DNA of 64,000 nt. It comes from Acidobacteriota bacterium. Its GTDB lineage: Bacteria > Acidobacteriota > Polarisedimenticolia > SMYD01. A program made the translations under genes and the position numbers. The stretch is from the NCBI GenBank assembly GCA_046757405.1, contig JBHHYE010000001.1, positions 69,900 to 133,899 on the forward strand. The letters are read 5' to 3'. Of the stretch, positions 18,190 to 26,885 are shown one piece after another. Each line of letters opens with the position of its first letter. Position 1 is the stretch's first letter. The notes below the pieces were generated by a model. The model was given only the letters and a program-made list of their open reading frames with translations. It was not told the origin of the DNA and did no database searches.

Positions 18190-18911
18190 CCGGCCCCGCA
18201 CCTTCGAGGTCCTGCCTCTGGACCTGGGCCGGGCGGCACGATTACGACGCCTCCCACAAGTGGCAGCAGGAACGGGTGGTGGAGCGCCAGCAGGGCGCGG
18301 CCCGCGATACCTTTCTTCTCCTGGAGCACCCGCCGGTGATCACCTTGGGGCGCAATGCCCGGCGCAAGAACCTCCGCCATCCGGAGGCCCTGCTCAGGGC
18401 GCGCGGCATTGCCGTCGCCGAGACCGGCCGCGGCGGCGACGTCACTTATCATGGACCGGGACAGGTGGTCGGCTACCCGCTCATCCGACTGGGGCCCGAC
18501 CGTCGCGACGTCCGCCGGTATGTCCATGATCTCGAGGAGGTGCTGATCCGCACGGCGGCCGCCTACGGTGTCCAGGCGGGCCGCGTCCAGGGGCTGCCCG
18601 GTGTCTGGACCGGCGGGGAGAAGCTGGCGGCCATCGGCGTCCGGATCAGCCGGTGGGTCACCTCGCACGGCTTCGCCTTCAATGTCTCCACCGAGCTGTC
18701 CGCCTTCGATCTGATTGTCCCGTGCGGGATTCCGGCCTGCCGGGTCACCTCCCTGCGGCGGATCCTGGGCCGGGAGATTCCCCTGGACCAGGTGGCGCGG
18801 CGGCTGGCGGAGCGGTTCGGGGAGGTTTTCGACTTCGAGATGATACGATCGCCCCCGGAAGCTCTCCTCGGCACCAGGGAGGGCCCTGGTTCTCGGAAGG
18901 AATCGGCCTGA
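18165..18911 (+). CDS. lipB: Octanoyltransferase (lipoyl(octanoyl) transferase)
   Basis: LLEHPPVITLGRN, RGGDVTYHGPGQVVGYPLI, KLAAIGVRISRWVTSHGFAFNV. ATG 18165 overlaps the CPBP end by 25 nt; an alternative GTG at 18186 gives a GTGA stop/start overlap. Confidence 0.85.
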   Translation: MAAPGAPVTGPAPSRSCLWTWAGRHDYDASHKWQQERVVERQQGAARDTFLLLEHPPVITLGRNARRKNLRHPEALLRARGIAVAETGRGGDVTYHGPGQVVGYPLIRLGPDRRDVRRYVHDLEEVLIRTAAAYGVQAGRVQGLPGVWTGGEKLAAIGVRISRWVTSHGFAFNVSTELSAFDLIVPCGIPACRVTSLRRILGREIPLDQVARRLAERFGEVFDFEMIRSPPEALLGTREGPGSRKESA

Positions 18912-19849
18912 TGGTTCCTCCACGCTCCGGCTATCCCCCCACGCCGGCCAGACTGTCTCCTCCGCGGCGGCTGCCCAAGCCGCCGTGGCTCCACATCCGC
19001 CTGCGGACCGGGCCCGAATACCGGGCCGTGACTCGGATGGTCGACCGGCTGGCCCTCCAGACGGTCTGCCAGGAAGCCCGCTGTCCCAACATCTTCGAAT
19101 GCTGGAGCCAGCGAACGGCAACCCTGATGATCCTGGGGGGTGTCTGCACGCGCCGTTGCGGCTTCTGCTCGGTTGCCAGCGGCCGCCCGGCCCCCGCCGA
19201 TCCCGGCGAGCCCCGGCGCGTCGGGGAGGCCGTGGCGCAGATGGGCCTCCGCCACGCCGTGATCACCTCGGTGGATCGTGACGATCTGCCCGACGGAGGC
19301 GCTGCCCACTGGGCAGCCGTCATCCAGGCCGTGCGCCACCGCAACCCGCACACCCGCATCGAGGTCCTGGTTCCGGACTTCAAGGGAAAGACCGCCGCCC
19401 TGGAGACCGTCCTGGCCGCCCGCCCGGACGTGTTCGCCCACAACGTGGAGACAGTGCCCCGCCTTTACAAGACGGTGCGGCCGGGCTCGCGCTACAGCCA
19501 GTCCCTCGCCCTCCTGCGCCGGGCCGCCGGCTGGCGACACATCCCACCGCGGCAGGCCGTGTCGAGCCTGCGGATCAAGTCGAACCTGATGCTCGGCCTG
19601 GGGGAGACTCACGAGGAAATCCTGGACACCCTGCAGGCCCTCCGCGGTCACGGCGTGGAGATCGTCACCATCGGCCAGTACCTGCAACCCACGCCGGATC
19701 AGCTGCCCGTCCAGCGCTACGTCCCTCCCGCGGAGTTCCGGCGCCTGGCGGAGGAAGGGCGGGCCATGGGGTTCTGGCACGTGGAGGCCGGGCCTCTGGT
19801 GCGCTCGTCCTATCACGCCGCCGATCACCGGCCCGGAGGAACCTCCTGA
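18911..19849 (+). CDS. lipA: Lipoyl synthase (radical SAM)
   Basis: KPPWLHIRL...QTVCQEARCPNIFECW (auxiliary-cluster cysteines) and radical SAM CTRRCGFC. ATGA overlap with the lipB stop. Confidence 0.9.
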   Translation: MVPPRSGYPPTPARLSPPRRLPKPPWLHIRLRTGPEYRAVTRMVDRLALQTVCQEARCPNIFECWSQRTATLMILGGVCTRRCGFCSVASGRPAPADPGEPRRVGEAVAQMGLRHAVITSVDRDDLPDGGAAHWAAVIQAVRHRNPHTRIEVLVPDFKGKTAALETVLAARPDVFAHNVETVPRLYKTVRPGSRYSQSLALLRRAAGWRHIPPRQAVSSLRIKSNLMLGLGETHEEILDTLQALRGHGVEIVTIGQYLQPTPDQLPVQRYVPPAEFRRLAEEGRAMGFWHVEAGPLVRSSYHAADHRPGGTS

Positions 19850-20541
19850 TGGGCGGAGCGAGACCACCCGAACTCCCTTCCCTGCCCCGCTCCGTCCCGG
19901 TCTTCCCCCTGCCCTCCGTGGTCTTCTTCCCGGGCACGGTGGTCCCGCTGCATGTCTTCGAGCCCCGTTACCGGCTCATGGTGCGCGATGCCCGCGCCGG
20001 GTCAGGCTTCATCGCACTGGCCCTCCTCAAGCCGGGATGGGAGCCCGAGTACTACGGCTCTCCGGAGGTCCACTCCATCGGGTGCGCCGGCCGTCTCCTG
20101 GAAGTGGTCGATCTCCCGGCCGGTCGGTTCAATATCAAGCTCACGGGGATCTGCCGGGTCCGCTTCCTTTCATTCGAAAGCGAGAGCCCTTACCGGGTGG
20201 CCCGCGTCCACGCCCTGCACGAGCGCATCCCCGATGAGGAGCGCGCCGACGTCAAGGAAGCACGGATGGGACTGGTGGGCGCCTACGCCCTGTTCATGGC
20301 CAAGAAGACCGGCCAGCCCGCCGCCGGGATCGAGGGCGCCGCCACCGCGCCCCTGCAGACCCTTGTCAACACCTTGTGCGCCCAGATGGATCTTCCACCC
20401 CCGAAGAAGCAGAAGCTCCTCCGGATGGACGATATCCTGGAACGCTGTCTGGTCCTGACCGAGTTCCTGGCCCAGGAACGCCGCAACCTCCTCCCGCGGG
20501 GAGGAGAATCACCAGGCGGCGGTAGCCCCACCGTCCATTAG
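19849..20541 (+). CDS. LON N-terminal (substrate-binding) domain-only protein
   Basis: VPVFPLPSVVFFPGTVVPLHVFEPRYRLMV, typical of the Lon N-domain / PUA-like fold. No AAA+ or protease domain. Start codon overlaps the lipA stop. Confidence 0.65.
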   Translation: MGGARPPELPSLPRSVPVFPLPSVVFFPGTVVPLHVFEPRYRLMVRDARAGSGFIALALLKPGWEPEYYGSPEVHSIGCAGRLLEVVDLPAGRFNIKLTGICRVRFLSFESESPYRVARVHALHERIPDEERADVKEARMGLVGAYALFMAKKTGQPAAGIEGAATAPLQTLVNTLCAQMDLPPPKKQKLLRMDDILERCLVLTEFLAQERRNLLPRGGESPGGGSPTVH

Positions 20542-21059
20542 CAAGCAAGCCCTCTCCATCCCCTGCCGAGCCGGCCACCCAGCCTCTCCCGGTGGGAAAA
20601 AAGACGCCGCTTCACCTCCCTCCGTGAATGGTCGCGGCCGCCCCGCCCGCAGCATCCTCGGGTCTCCATCCGCCGTCACCTCTTGGCGAGGATCCGGACA
20701 CAGTCCTGCCCGCGGATCGGGGTGCCGTCCCTGAGGCTCCCGGTCACTGTCAGAATCGCGCTCTCTCCATCCTGCACCGGGCCGATCGCCCCATGGTCCA
20801 GCGGAGGGACTCCCGCGAGCAACAAGGAACCGGGATCGATCTCCCTCACGTCGAACCCCTCCCCTCCCAGGAGAGCCACCGGCAGCACCCTCCGTGCCTC
20901 CTTGTTCAACGGCTTGGGGCAGGAACCGGGCCGGATGTCGCGAGGGACCGCGAGGGTCCGGTTGAGGAGCACCGTGACCGTGTCGGAACCGATATTGGCC
21001 GTCGCCAGGTCGAGGGCGCCGTCGCCTGGGTGGCCGTCCGGGCGTCCTCTAACTCCCTG

Positions 21060-21548
21060 GGTGGCACGATCGATGTTGACGACGACATCCTTTTTGCCAC
21101 CGGCACGGGCCCCGACACCGACGGGGACGGTTTCAGCGATGGGATCGGCTGCGCGCCTCTGGATGCCTCGACCTACCCGGGTGCTCCGGAGGCCAACGAC
21201 GGCCAGGACAACCAGTGTCCGGGCGATCCGGGCTTCGGGATCGTGGATGAGATCTCCGGGAGCATCCTCTTCGCCAGTGGTTCGTTCTGCTGGACCATGC
21301 AGCCGCTGGCCACGAACTACGAGGTTGCGAAGTCAGGCACTTCTGATTTCTCGTCCACCTGCACCATCGTCAACACGACGGCGAATTGCTTCAGCGATCC
21401 GTCGCCGCCCGCGGTTGGAAAGGTTGAATACTACCTGGTGCGCGCCGTCTCTCCCAATGTGGGAAGCTGGGGAACGGACGCTTCCGGGAGTGAACGGACC
21501 GTCAGTTCGCTGTCGGACAGCAATTGCGACGACATTCCCGGCCCCTAG
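21060..21548 (+). pseudogene. Fragment of a cysteine-rich secreted protein carrying a DxDGDG / Cys-rich putative metal-binding motif; no credible N-terminus
   Basis: Protein-like only from about 21060 (GPDTDGDGFSDGIGCAPLDASTYPGAPEANDGQDNQCPGDPGFG...NCDDIPGP). Upstream in-frame sequence is Arg/His-rich junk, and a protein-like C-terminal fragment lies on the opposite strand at 20676-20972. Confidence 0.3.
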
Positions 21549-21567
21549 CCGGGAATGTCTCGCCAGT

Positions 21568-22505
21568 TGTCTCAAGGGGCTGCTGGATCTGAGAAAAGAC
21601 GCACCTGCTCTTCCAGTTTCCCGGGCGCTCTTCGGCTGGGAACAGGCGATGACCAAGGTGAGCTGCGAGGAATTCGCCCACGGACACGAAATCTCCAAGC
21701 TGCTGGGCTCACCGCCCGGCGACGTCCGGAACCAGATCGAACCGCTGTTGAGCCAGCGGCGGATCGACGAACCCCACCAGCGGGCGCTGGCCGCGAAGTC
21801 GGGAATGATCGGCCAGGGAGGCGGACGGCTCGGCGAGCTGTTTCCGGCCGGGCAAGGCTGGGCACTTTCGATCATCCTCTTCGACGAGATCGAGAAGGCT
21901 CATCCGGTCCTCTGGAATGCATGCTCGGTATCCTGGAAGTCGGCAGCCTCAGGCTCGGGGACAACGCCGAGACCGATTTCACGCGCTCGATCGTGGTGCT
22001 GACCTCCAACGTCGGAACCCGTGAGATGACCGACTCCCTTGAACGCCGAACGGTCGGTTTCATCGCGCAAGACGGGCCGGCCTCGCCTCCGCCGTCTGTG
22101 GTGGAAGAGGTCGCGCAGACGGCCGCGCGCGAACTCTTTCCACTCGAGTTTCTCAATCGGCTCGATGAGATACTGGTCTATTCTCCGCTCACACAAGAGA
22201 ATCTGGAGCGCATCTTCGACAAGTTTCTGCGTGAGCTTCACCAGCGAGCGATCAACCAGGCCGGCGTCTCGCTGCTGATCAAGGTCGGCCCCGAGGCCAG
22301 AAAACTGATCCTCGAGCGCGGCACCGACCTCAGCCTCGGTGCGCGGCCCCTGCGCCGGGCGATCGAGGTCGAACTGGTCGATCCGCTCTCCCGACTGATC
22401 GCTTCGCAAGGGGTCCAGCCAGGCGATGTGCTGGACATCGAACGGGAGGAGGACCGGCTCGTCTTCTACCGCCAGAAGGTATCCAGTGGCCACATCGTCG
22501 TCTGA
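21568..22505 (+). pseudogene. Remnant of a ClpB/ClpA-type AAA+ chaperone: only the distal part of the second ATPase domain plus the C-terminal small domain, with an internal frameshift near 21907
   Basis: Frame 1 reads ...AMTKVSCEEFAHGHEISKLLGSPPGDV...ILFDEIEKAHP (compare ClpB [27 protein letters not shown]...LLDEVEKAHPDVFN). Frame 3 then continues CMLGILEVGSLRLGDNAETDFTRSIVVLTSNVGT...RLDEILVYSPL. Walker A, D1 and everything N-terminal are absent. Confidence 0.5.
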
Positions 22506-22738
22506 GCCGCCGGACGACGAGCCGCTGCCGTCACTGGGCACGAACGAAGCTCCGAGCCTTCCCCTTGGAGCCGTTGGCGCGCGCTTTCGGCCAATTTTCA
22601 CGACCCCAGTCAACCATATTCCACTGGATCCTCTCCGCCGACCTGCGTACAATCCTTGGTTCGGGTGCGACAGCGGAGCCGCGCGGCGCGCCCGAAAAAG
22701 GTGGTACGGCGCTGGGGTGGCGGCGACGAGGAGATCTC

Positions 22739-24433
22739 TTGCCCGATCTGTTGTCCGGTCTTCCCGGCACCCTTGGAGGAGCGCTCCATCGCGCGGCGCG
22801 CGACTTCCCGGATCGCGGAATTGCCGTGTTCGACAGCCGGGGCCGGAAGGCCGATCGGCGGCCCTACGCCGCCCTGGACGCGGCGGCTCGCATGAACGCG
22901 GCGCGGTTCGCCGCGCTCCGCATCGCCGAGCGGGAGCCGGTCCTGATCGCCTTGCCCACATCGTGGGAATGGATCGAGACCTGGTTCGGTGTTCTTCTCC
23001 GCGGGGCGTGGCCGGTGGCGGCGCCTGCTGTGGGTGCGCTGGCCTCGGCCGGCGTGCAGCTGGAGAAGATCGACACCGTGAGGCGCGACATCGGCGCGCG
23101 CCGCGTGGTTTCCAGCGACGGGTTCCGGCGCCGGGCCCGGGAGCACGGGCTGGGTGAGCTGGCCGAACGCACCATCACCCCCGCGGAAATCGCCGCCGTG
23201 ACGCCGCAGCGAGCGTTCGCCGCTCCGCCGGCCGACCCCGGCGACACGGCCTTTCTCCAGCTCACCAGCGGCTCGACCGGCCTGCCCCGGGCGGTGATGA
23301 TTCCCCACCGGGCCGCCATCCACAACCCCATGGCCAGCGCCGAGGCCATCGGCGCTCCGCACGGCGAGCCCGTCCACCACTGGGCCGACGCGATGGTCTC
23401 CTGGCTGCCGCTGTACCACGACATGGGGCTCGTCGGCTGCCTGCTGCTGCCAATCCTCGCCGGGCTCGACACCTGGCTGCTGCGCCCCCGGACCTTCCTC
23501 GCCCGGCCCCGGCTGTGGCTCGAGCAGCTCGGCAGCCACGGAACGGCCTTCGTGCCCGCGCCGAACTTCGCGTACCAGCTCTGTGTCGAGCGGCTGGGCG
23601 CGCGGGCCCTGGACGGCCTCGATCTGTCCCTCTGGAAGGCGGCGCTGACCGGAGCGGAGATGATCCGGCCCGAGACCACGGAGGCTTTTCAGGCGACCTT
23701 CGCATCCTGCGGATTCACGCCGGCAGCCTTCCGGCCCTGCTACGGGCTGGCCGAGGCCACCCTGACCGTCTCGCTGGACCGGCGCGGCGAGGGGGTGCGC
23801 ACGCGGCGCGCGCCGCCCGCCGCCGATGCGGGGCCCGGCCTCACGGAGGCGGTCAGCACCGGCGAGCCGATCCGGGACACCCAGGTCGGCATCGCCGCAC
23901 TGGACGGGACCGCGCTCCCCGAGGATCGCATTGGGGAGGTGCGGGTCAAGGGGCCGGGACAGTTCCTGGGCTACCACAACCACCCCGAGGAGAGGGCGGC
24001 CAGCCTTTCCGGCGGCTGGTTCGCCACGGGAGACCTCGGTTTCGTCCACGCCGGCGAGCTGTACCTCACCGGACGCACCAAGGACGTGATCATCGTCCGC
24101 GGCGAGACCAGGATGCCGCACGAGATCGAGTGGGTGGCCGACGGCGTCACCGGGGGGGGGGGCCTGCTGCGCTCCGCCGCGTTCTCCGTGGCCCGCGGGG
24201 CGCGGGGCGAGCAGGTCGTGGTGGTGGTGGAGAGCGGGCTGCGCGAGCCGCAGAGGCTGCGCGAGCTGGACCGGGAGATCCGCGTCCGGATCGGCCGGGA
24301 CCTGGGGCTGCCGCTGGCCGACCTGGCCTTCGTCCGCCGGGGCCGTATCCCGCGCACCTCCAGCGGCAAGACGCAGCGGCAGCAGTTGCGACGGACCTAC
24401 CTGGAAGGCAGGCTGGAACGGCTGGAAGCATGA
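22739..24433 (+). CDS. Fatty acyl-AMP ligase (FAAL-type adenylating enzyme)
   Basis: Adenylation cores TSGSTGLPRAVMIPHRA (A3), WLPLYHDMGLVG (FAAL-typical), YGLAEATL (A5), GEVRVKGPGQFLGYHNHPEE...GWFATGDLGF (A6/A7), GRTKDVIIVRGETRMPHEIE (A8). TTG 22739 with GAGGAG 7 nt upstream; an alternative long ATG is at 22565. Confidence 0.8.
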   Translation: MPDLLSGLPGTLGGALHRAARDFPDRGIAVFDSRGRKADRRPYAALDAAARMNAARFAALRIAEREPVLIALPTSWEWIETWFGVLLRGAWPVAAPAVGALASAGVQLEKIDTVRRDIGARRVVSSDGFRRRAREHGLGELAERTITPAEIAAVTPQRAFAAPPADPGDTAFLQLTSGSTGLPRAVMIPHRAAIHNPMASAEAIGAPHGEPVHHWADAMVSWLPLYHDMGLVGCLLLPILAGLDTWLLRPRTFLARPRLWLEQLGSHGTAFVPAPNFAYQLCVERLGARALDGLDLSLWKAALTGAEMIRPETTEAFQATFASCGFTPAAFRPCYGLAEATLTVSLDRRGEGVRTRRAPPAADAGPGLTEAVSTGEPIRDTQVGIAALDGTALPEDRIGEVRVKGPGQFLGYHNHPEERAASLSGGWFATGDLGFVHAGELYLTGRTKDVIIVRGETRMPHEIEWVADGVTGGGGLLRSAAFSVARGARGEQVVVVVESGLREPQRLRELDREIRVRIGRDLGLPLADLAFVRRGRIPRTSSGKTQRQQLRRTYLEGRLERLEA

Positions 24434-24497
24434 GCTGCACATTCTCGTATCGTCCGCGGCCGGACCGGATACAATGCGCGCGGAGGCACGACCAGCC

Positions 24498-24725
24498 ATG
24501 AACCAGAAGCAGACGGCTCTGGAACTGATCGCGCGGATCGCCGGATCCACGCCGGAAAAGCTCGAACCGCACATGGAACTGGTCGCCGATCTCGGGCTCG
24601 ACTCGGCGGGAGCGCTGGAGCTGTTGGTGGAGCTGGAGGGTGCGCTGGGAATCGAGATCGGCGATGACGAGGTCACGAGGCTGAACACCGTCGGGGACAT
24701 ACTCGCCTACATCGAGAGCGCCTGA
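24498..24725 (+). CDS. Acyl carrier protein (phosphopantetheine-binding)
   Basis: 75 aa with LVADLGLDSAGALELLVELE (DS phosphopantetheinylation site, Ala after Ser). GGAGG RBS at 24482-24486. Confidence 0.8.
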   Translation: MNQKQTALELIARIAGSTPEKLEPHMELVADLGLDSAGALELLVELEGALGIEIGDDEVTRLNTVGDILAYIESA

Positions 24726-24752
24726 ACTCGGGCGCGCGTCCGCGGACCGCGA

Positions 24753-25631
24753 ATGAGAGATGCGCCGCTCAGCCGCAGACTGGAATCGATTCCTTACCTG
24801 GCCGCCACGCATCTCCTGCTCTCGCTCCCGCACGGAGCCGTGCTGCGCATCGGCCGCGCCCTGGGGACCTTCGGCTACGCCATCGACGCGCGGCACCGGA
24901 AGCTCGTCCTGCGCAATCTCGCGTGGGCCCTGTCTGAACGATCCGCGGACGAACGCCGCCGGCTGGCCCTGGCGTGCTACCAGCATGTCGGCCGCGCCTT
25001 CTGCGAGGTGTTCTCGGTCTGCCGTTTGACCGAGAGCGACCTTCGTTCGCGGTTCCGGGTCGAAGGGCTCGAGCATCTCCAGGCGGCCCGTGCACAGAAC
25101 CGCGGCGTGATGCTGACCAGCGGGCACTTCGGCTCCTGGCAGGTGGCGATCTACCCGCTCAGCCTGCTGGTCGGCGGGCTGCACGCCGTGGCGCGCCCCC
25201 TGGACAATCCGTACGTGGCCCGGCACGTCCTCCGTTTGCGCCAGCGGTTCGGCGTGCGCGTGGTCGAGTGGCGGGGGGCGGGCCATCGGCTGGTGAACCT
25301 CCTGCGCCGGCGGGCCGCGATCGGCATGGTGGTCGACCACCGGCCCGCGCCCGGCCGCGGCCTCGCCCTCCCCTTTCTGGGCCGGCCGGCGCGCACCTCA
25401 TCGGTGCCGGCCATCGCCGCGGCCGCCTGCGGAGCCCCCGTCCTCCCCACCCGCTGCACGCCCGAGGGCAATGCCGGCTACACGATTCGCTTTGATCCTC
25501 CCATCCAGCCGGGCGGAACGGATCCGGCAGCGATCGAGCGCCTCATGCGCGCCTACACGCGCCCCATCGAGGAAGCCGTTCGGCGACAGCCCGAGATGTG
25601 GTTCTGGATGCACGATCGCTGGAAGGCGTGA
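24753..25631 (+). CDS. Lipid A biosynthesis lauroyl/myristoyl acyltransferase family (LpxL/LpxM/HtrB-type LPLAT) protein
   Basis: N-terminal membrane anchor, LRNLAWAL, LTSGHFGSWQVA (H(F)G-W-E/Q catalytic motif of the LpxL family). 292 aa. Confidence 0.8.
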   Translation: MRDAPLSRRLESIPYLAATHLLLSLPHGAVLRIGRALGTFGYAIDARHRKLVLRNLAWALSERSADERRRLALACYQHVGRAFCEVFSVCRLTESDLRSRFRVEGLEHLQAARAQNRGVMLTSGHFGSWQVAIYPLSLLVGGLHAVARPLDNPYVARHVLRLRQRFGVRVVEWRGAGHRLVNLLRRRAAIGMVVDHRPAPGRGLALPFLGRPARTSSVPAIAAAACGAPVLPTRCTPEGNAGYTIRFDPPIQPGGTDPAAIERLMRAYTRPIEEAVRRQPEMWFWMHDRWKA

Positions 25632-25632
25632 G

Positions 25633-25649
25633 CCGGTCTCGTACCGGCC
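25633..25649. terminator. GC-rich hairpin between convergent genes (possible bidirectional terminator; no U-tract)
   Basis: GCCGGT-ctcgt-ACCGGC stem-loop immediately after the acyltransferase stop and before the radical SAM gene stop. Confidence 0.25.
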
Positions 25650-25658
25650 GCGCGCTCG

Positions 25659-26885
25659 CTACGCCCGGCCCGCCTGGGGGAACGGGTCTCCGCTGTCGTT
25701 CTCGCTTTCGTTCTCCAGCGGATCCGCCGCATCCGCGGCGGTCAGCAGGCGCCGCTTGGCGTGGGCATTGCGCACCATGAAGGCGTAGCGCCTGAACATC
25801 CGGTTGGTCTCTTCCTCGTGCTCGCACACGGTGGTCTCGTCCACCGGCTCGAAGAAGCAGGTGGGATCCTCCGCCATGATGTCGCCGTGCTCGTAGTAGG
25901 CCATGGCGCGGCAGCCGCCGCAGGTGAACTTGTAGCGGCAGCGCCCGCACTTCCCCTGCAGCTGATTGCGATCCAGGATCCGCTGGAAGACCGGGCTGGA
26001 GTCGATGATTTCCTGGAACGTCTTCTCCCGCACGTTCCCACAGCTGACGTCGTCGAGCAGGATGCCGCACGGAGAAACGTCGCCCTCGGCGCTGACTCCC
26101 AGCCAGGTCCCGCACCAGCAGCCGATGGAGGGATTCTGCGGCACGGTGACGTTGCGGCGTCCCTTTGAGTATTTTTCATGCACCTCGGGAGCGAGAAAGA
26201 ACGGCGTGTAACTGATGTAACCCAGCGCATGCTTGCGTAGCGCGGGGTGGATCACGCTCTCCATCTGCTCGGCGGTGAAATGCAACCGGTCCCAGTAGTC
26301 CCTGCCGCTGCCGCGGGCCGTGAAGGGAGAGCGATTGTAAGGGATGCCGCGTTGCTCCAGCCATTCCAGGGTGCTGTGGAGCGTGCGCAGGTTGTGCTGC
26401 CCGATGGTGACCACCACGTTGCGGCGGATGCCGAGCTCCGCGCACAGGTCGAGCACCCGGACAGCGCTCTCGCAGTCGGTGTCGCGCGTCCAGGAGTTCT
26501 CGTTCTGGATCGAGTTGATGCCGACGGCCACCACCAGCGTGCCCTGGCTGGCCTCGTTCAGAGCGAACAGCTTCTCCCGGTCCATGCGGGACCCGTTGGT
26601 GGCGATGATCGAGGCGTAGCCGTAGCGCGAGGCCAGCCGGACCAGCTCCACGGCGTCCCGCCGGAGGATGAACTCACCGCCGCTCCAGGTGATCGTCTCG
26701 ACGCCGATTTCCTTGACGCTGGCCAGCACGCGGTGTTCGATCTCCTCCGTGGTCAGCTCCCGGCCCGAGAGAGCCCTGACCAGCTTCTTGTCGTTCGACC
26801 GCGCCATACACATGCCGCAGGAGAAATTGCACTGGCGCGTGGCCTCGAAGAAAAGATTGTTAAAGGTGTATCGCGTTTTCGTCAT
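25659..26885 (-). CDS. Radical SAM enzyme with C-terminal SPASM domain and acidic tail
   Basis: ATRQCNFSCGMC (CX3CX2C), ITWSGGEF SAM-binding. SPASM region GCWCGTWLGVSAEGDVSPCG...GNVREKTF...GKCGRCRYKFTCGGCRAMAY. 408 aa. Confidence 0.85.
   Translation of the reverse strand: MTKTRYTFNNLFFEATRQCNFSCGMCMARSNDKKLVRALSGRELTTEEIEHRVLASVKEIGVETITWSGGEFILRRDAVELVRLASRYGYASIIATNGSRMDREKLFALNEASQGTLVVAVGINSIQNENSWTRDTDCESAVRVLDLCAELGIRRNVVVTIGQHNLRTLHSTLEWLEQRGIPYNRSPFTARGSGRDYWDRLHFTAEQMESVIHPALRKHALGYISYTPFFLAPEVHEKYSKGRRNVTVPQNPSIGCWCGTWLGVSAEGDVSPCGILLDDVSCGNVREKTFQEIIDSSPVFQRILDRNQLQGKCGRCRYKFTCGGCRAMAYYEHGDIMAEDPTCFFEPVDETTVCEHEEETNRMFRRYAFMVRNAHAKRRLLTAADAADPLENESENDSGDPFPQAGRA

Noticed and set aside
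18653-19849. 398-aa ORF spanning lipB 3' end and lipA
   Set aside because: Only the part from ATG 18911 matches lipoyl synthase. The upstream extension is the out-of-frame overlap with lipB.
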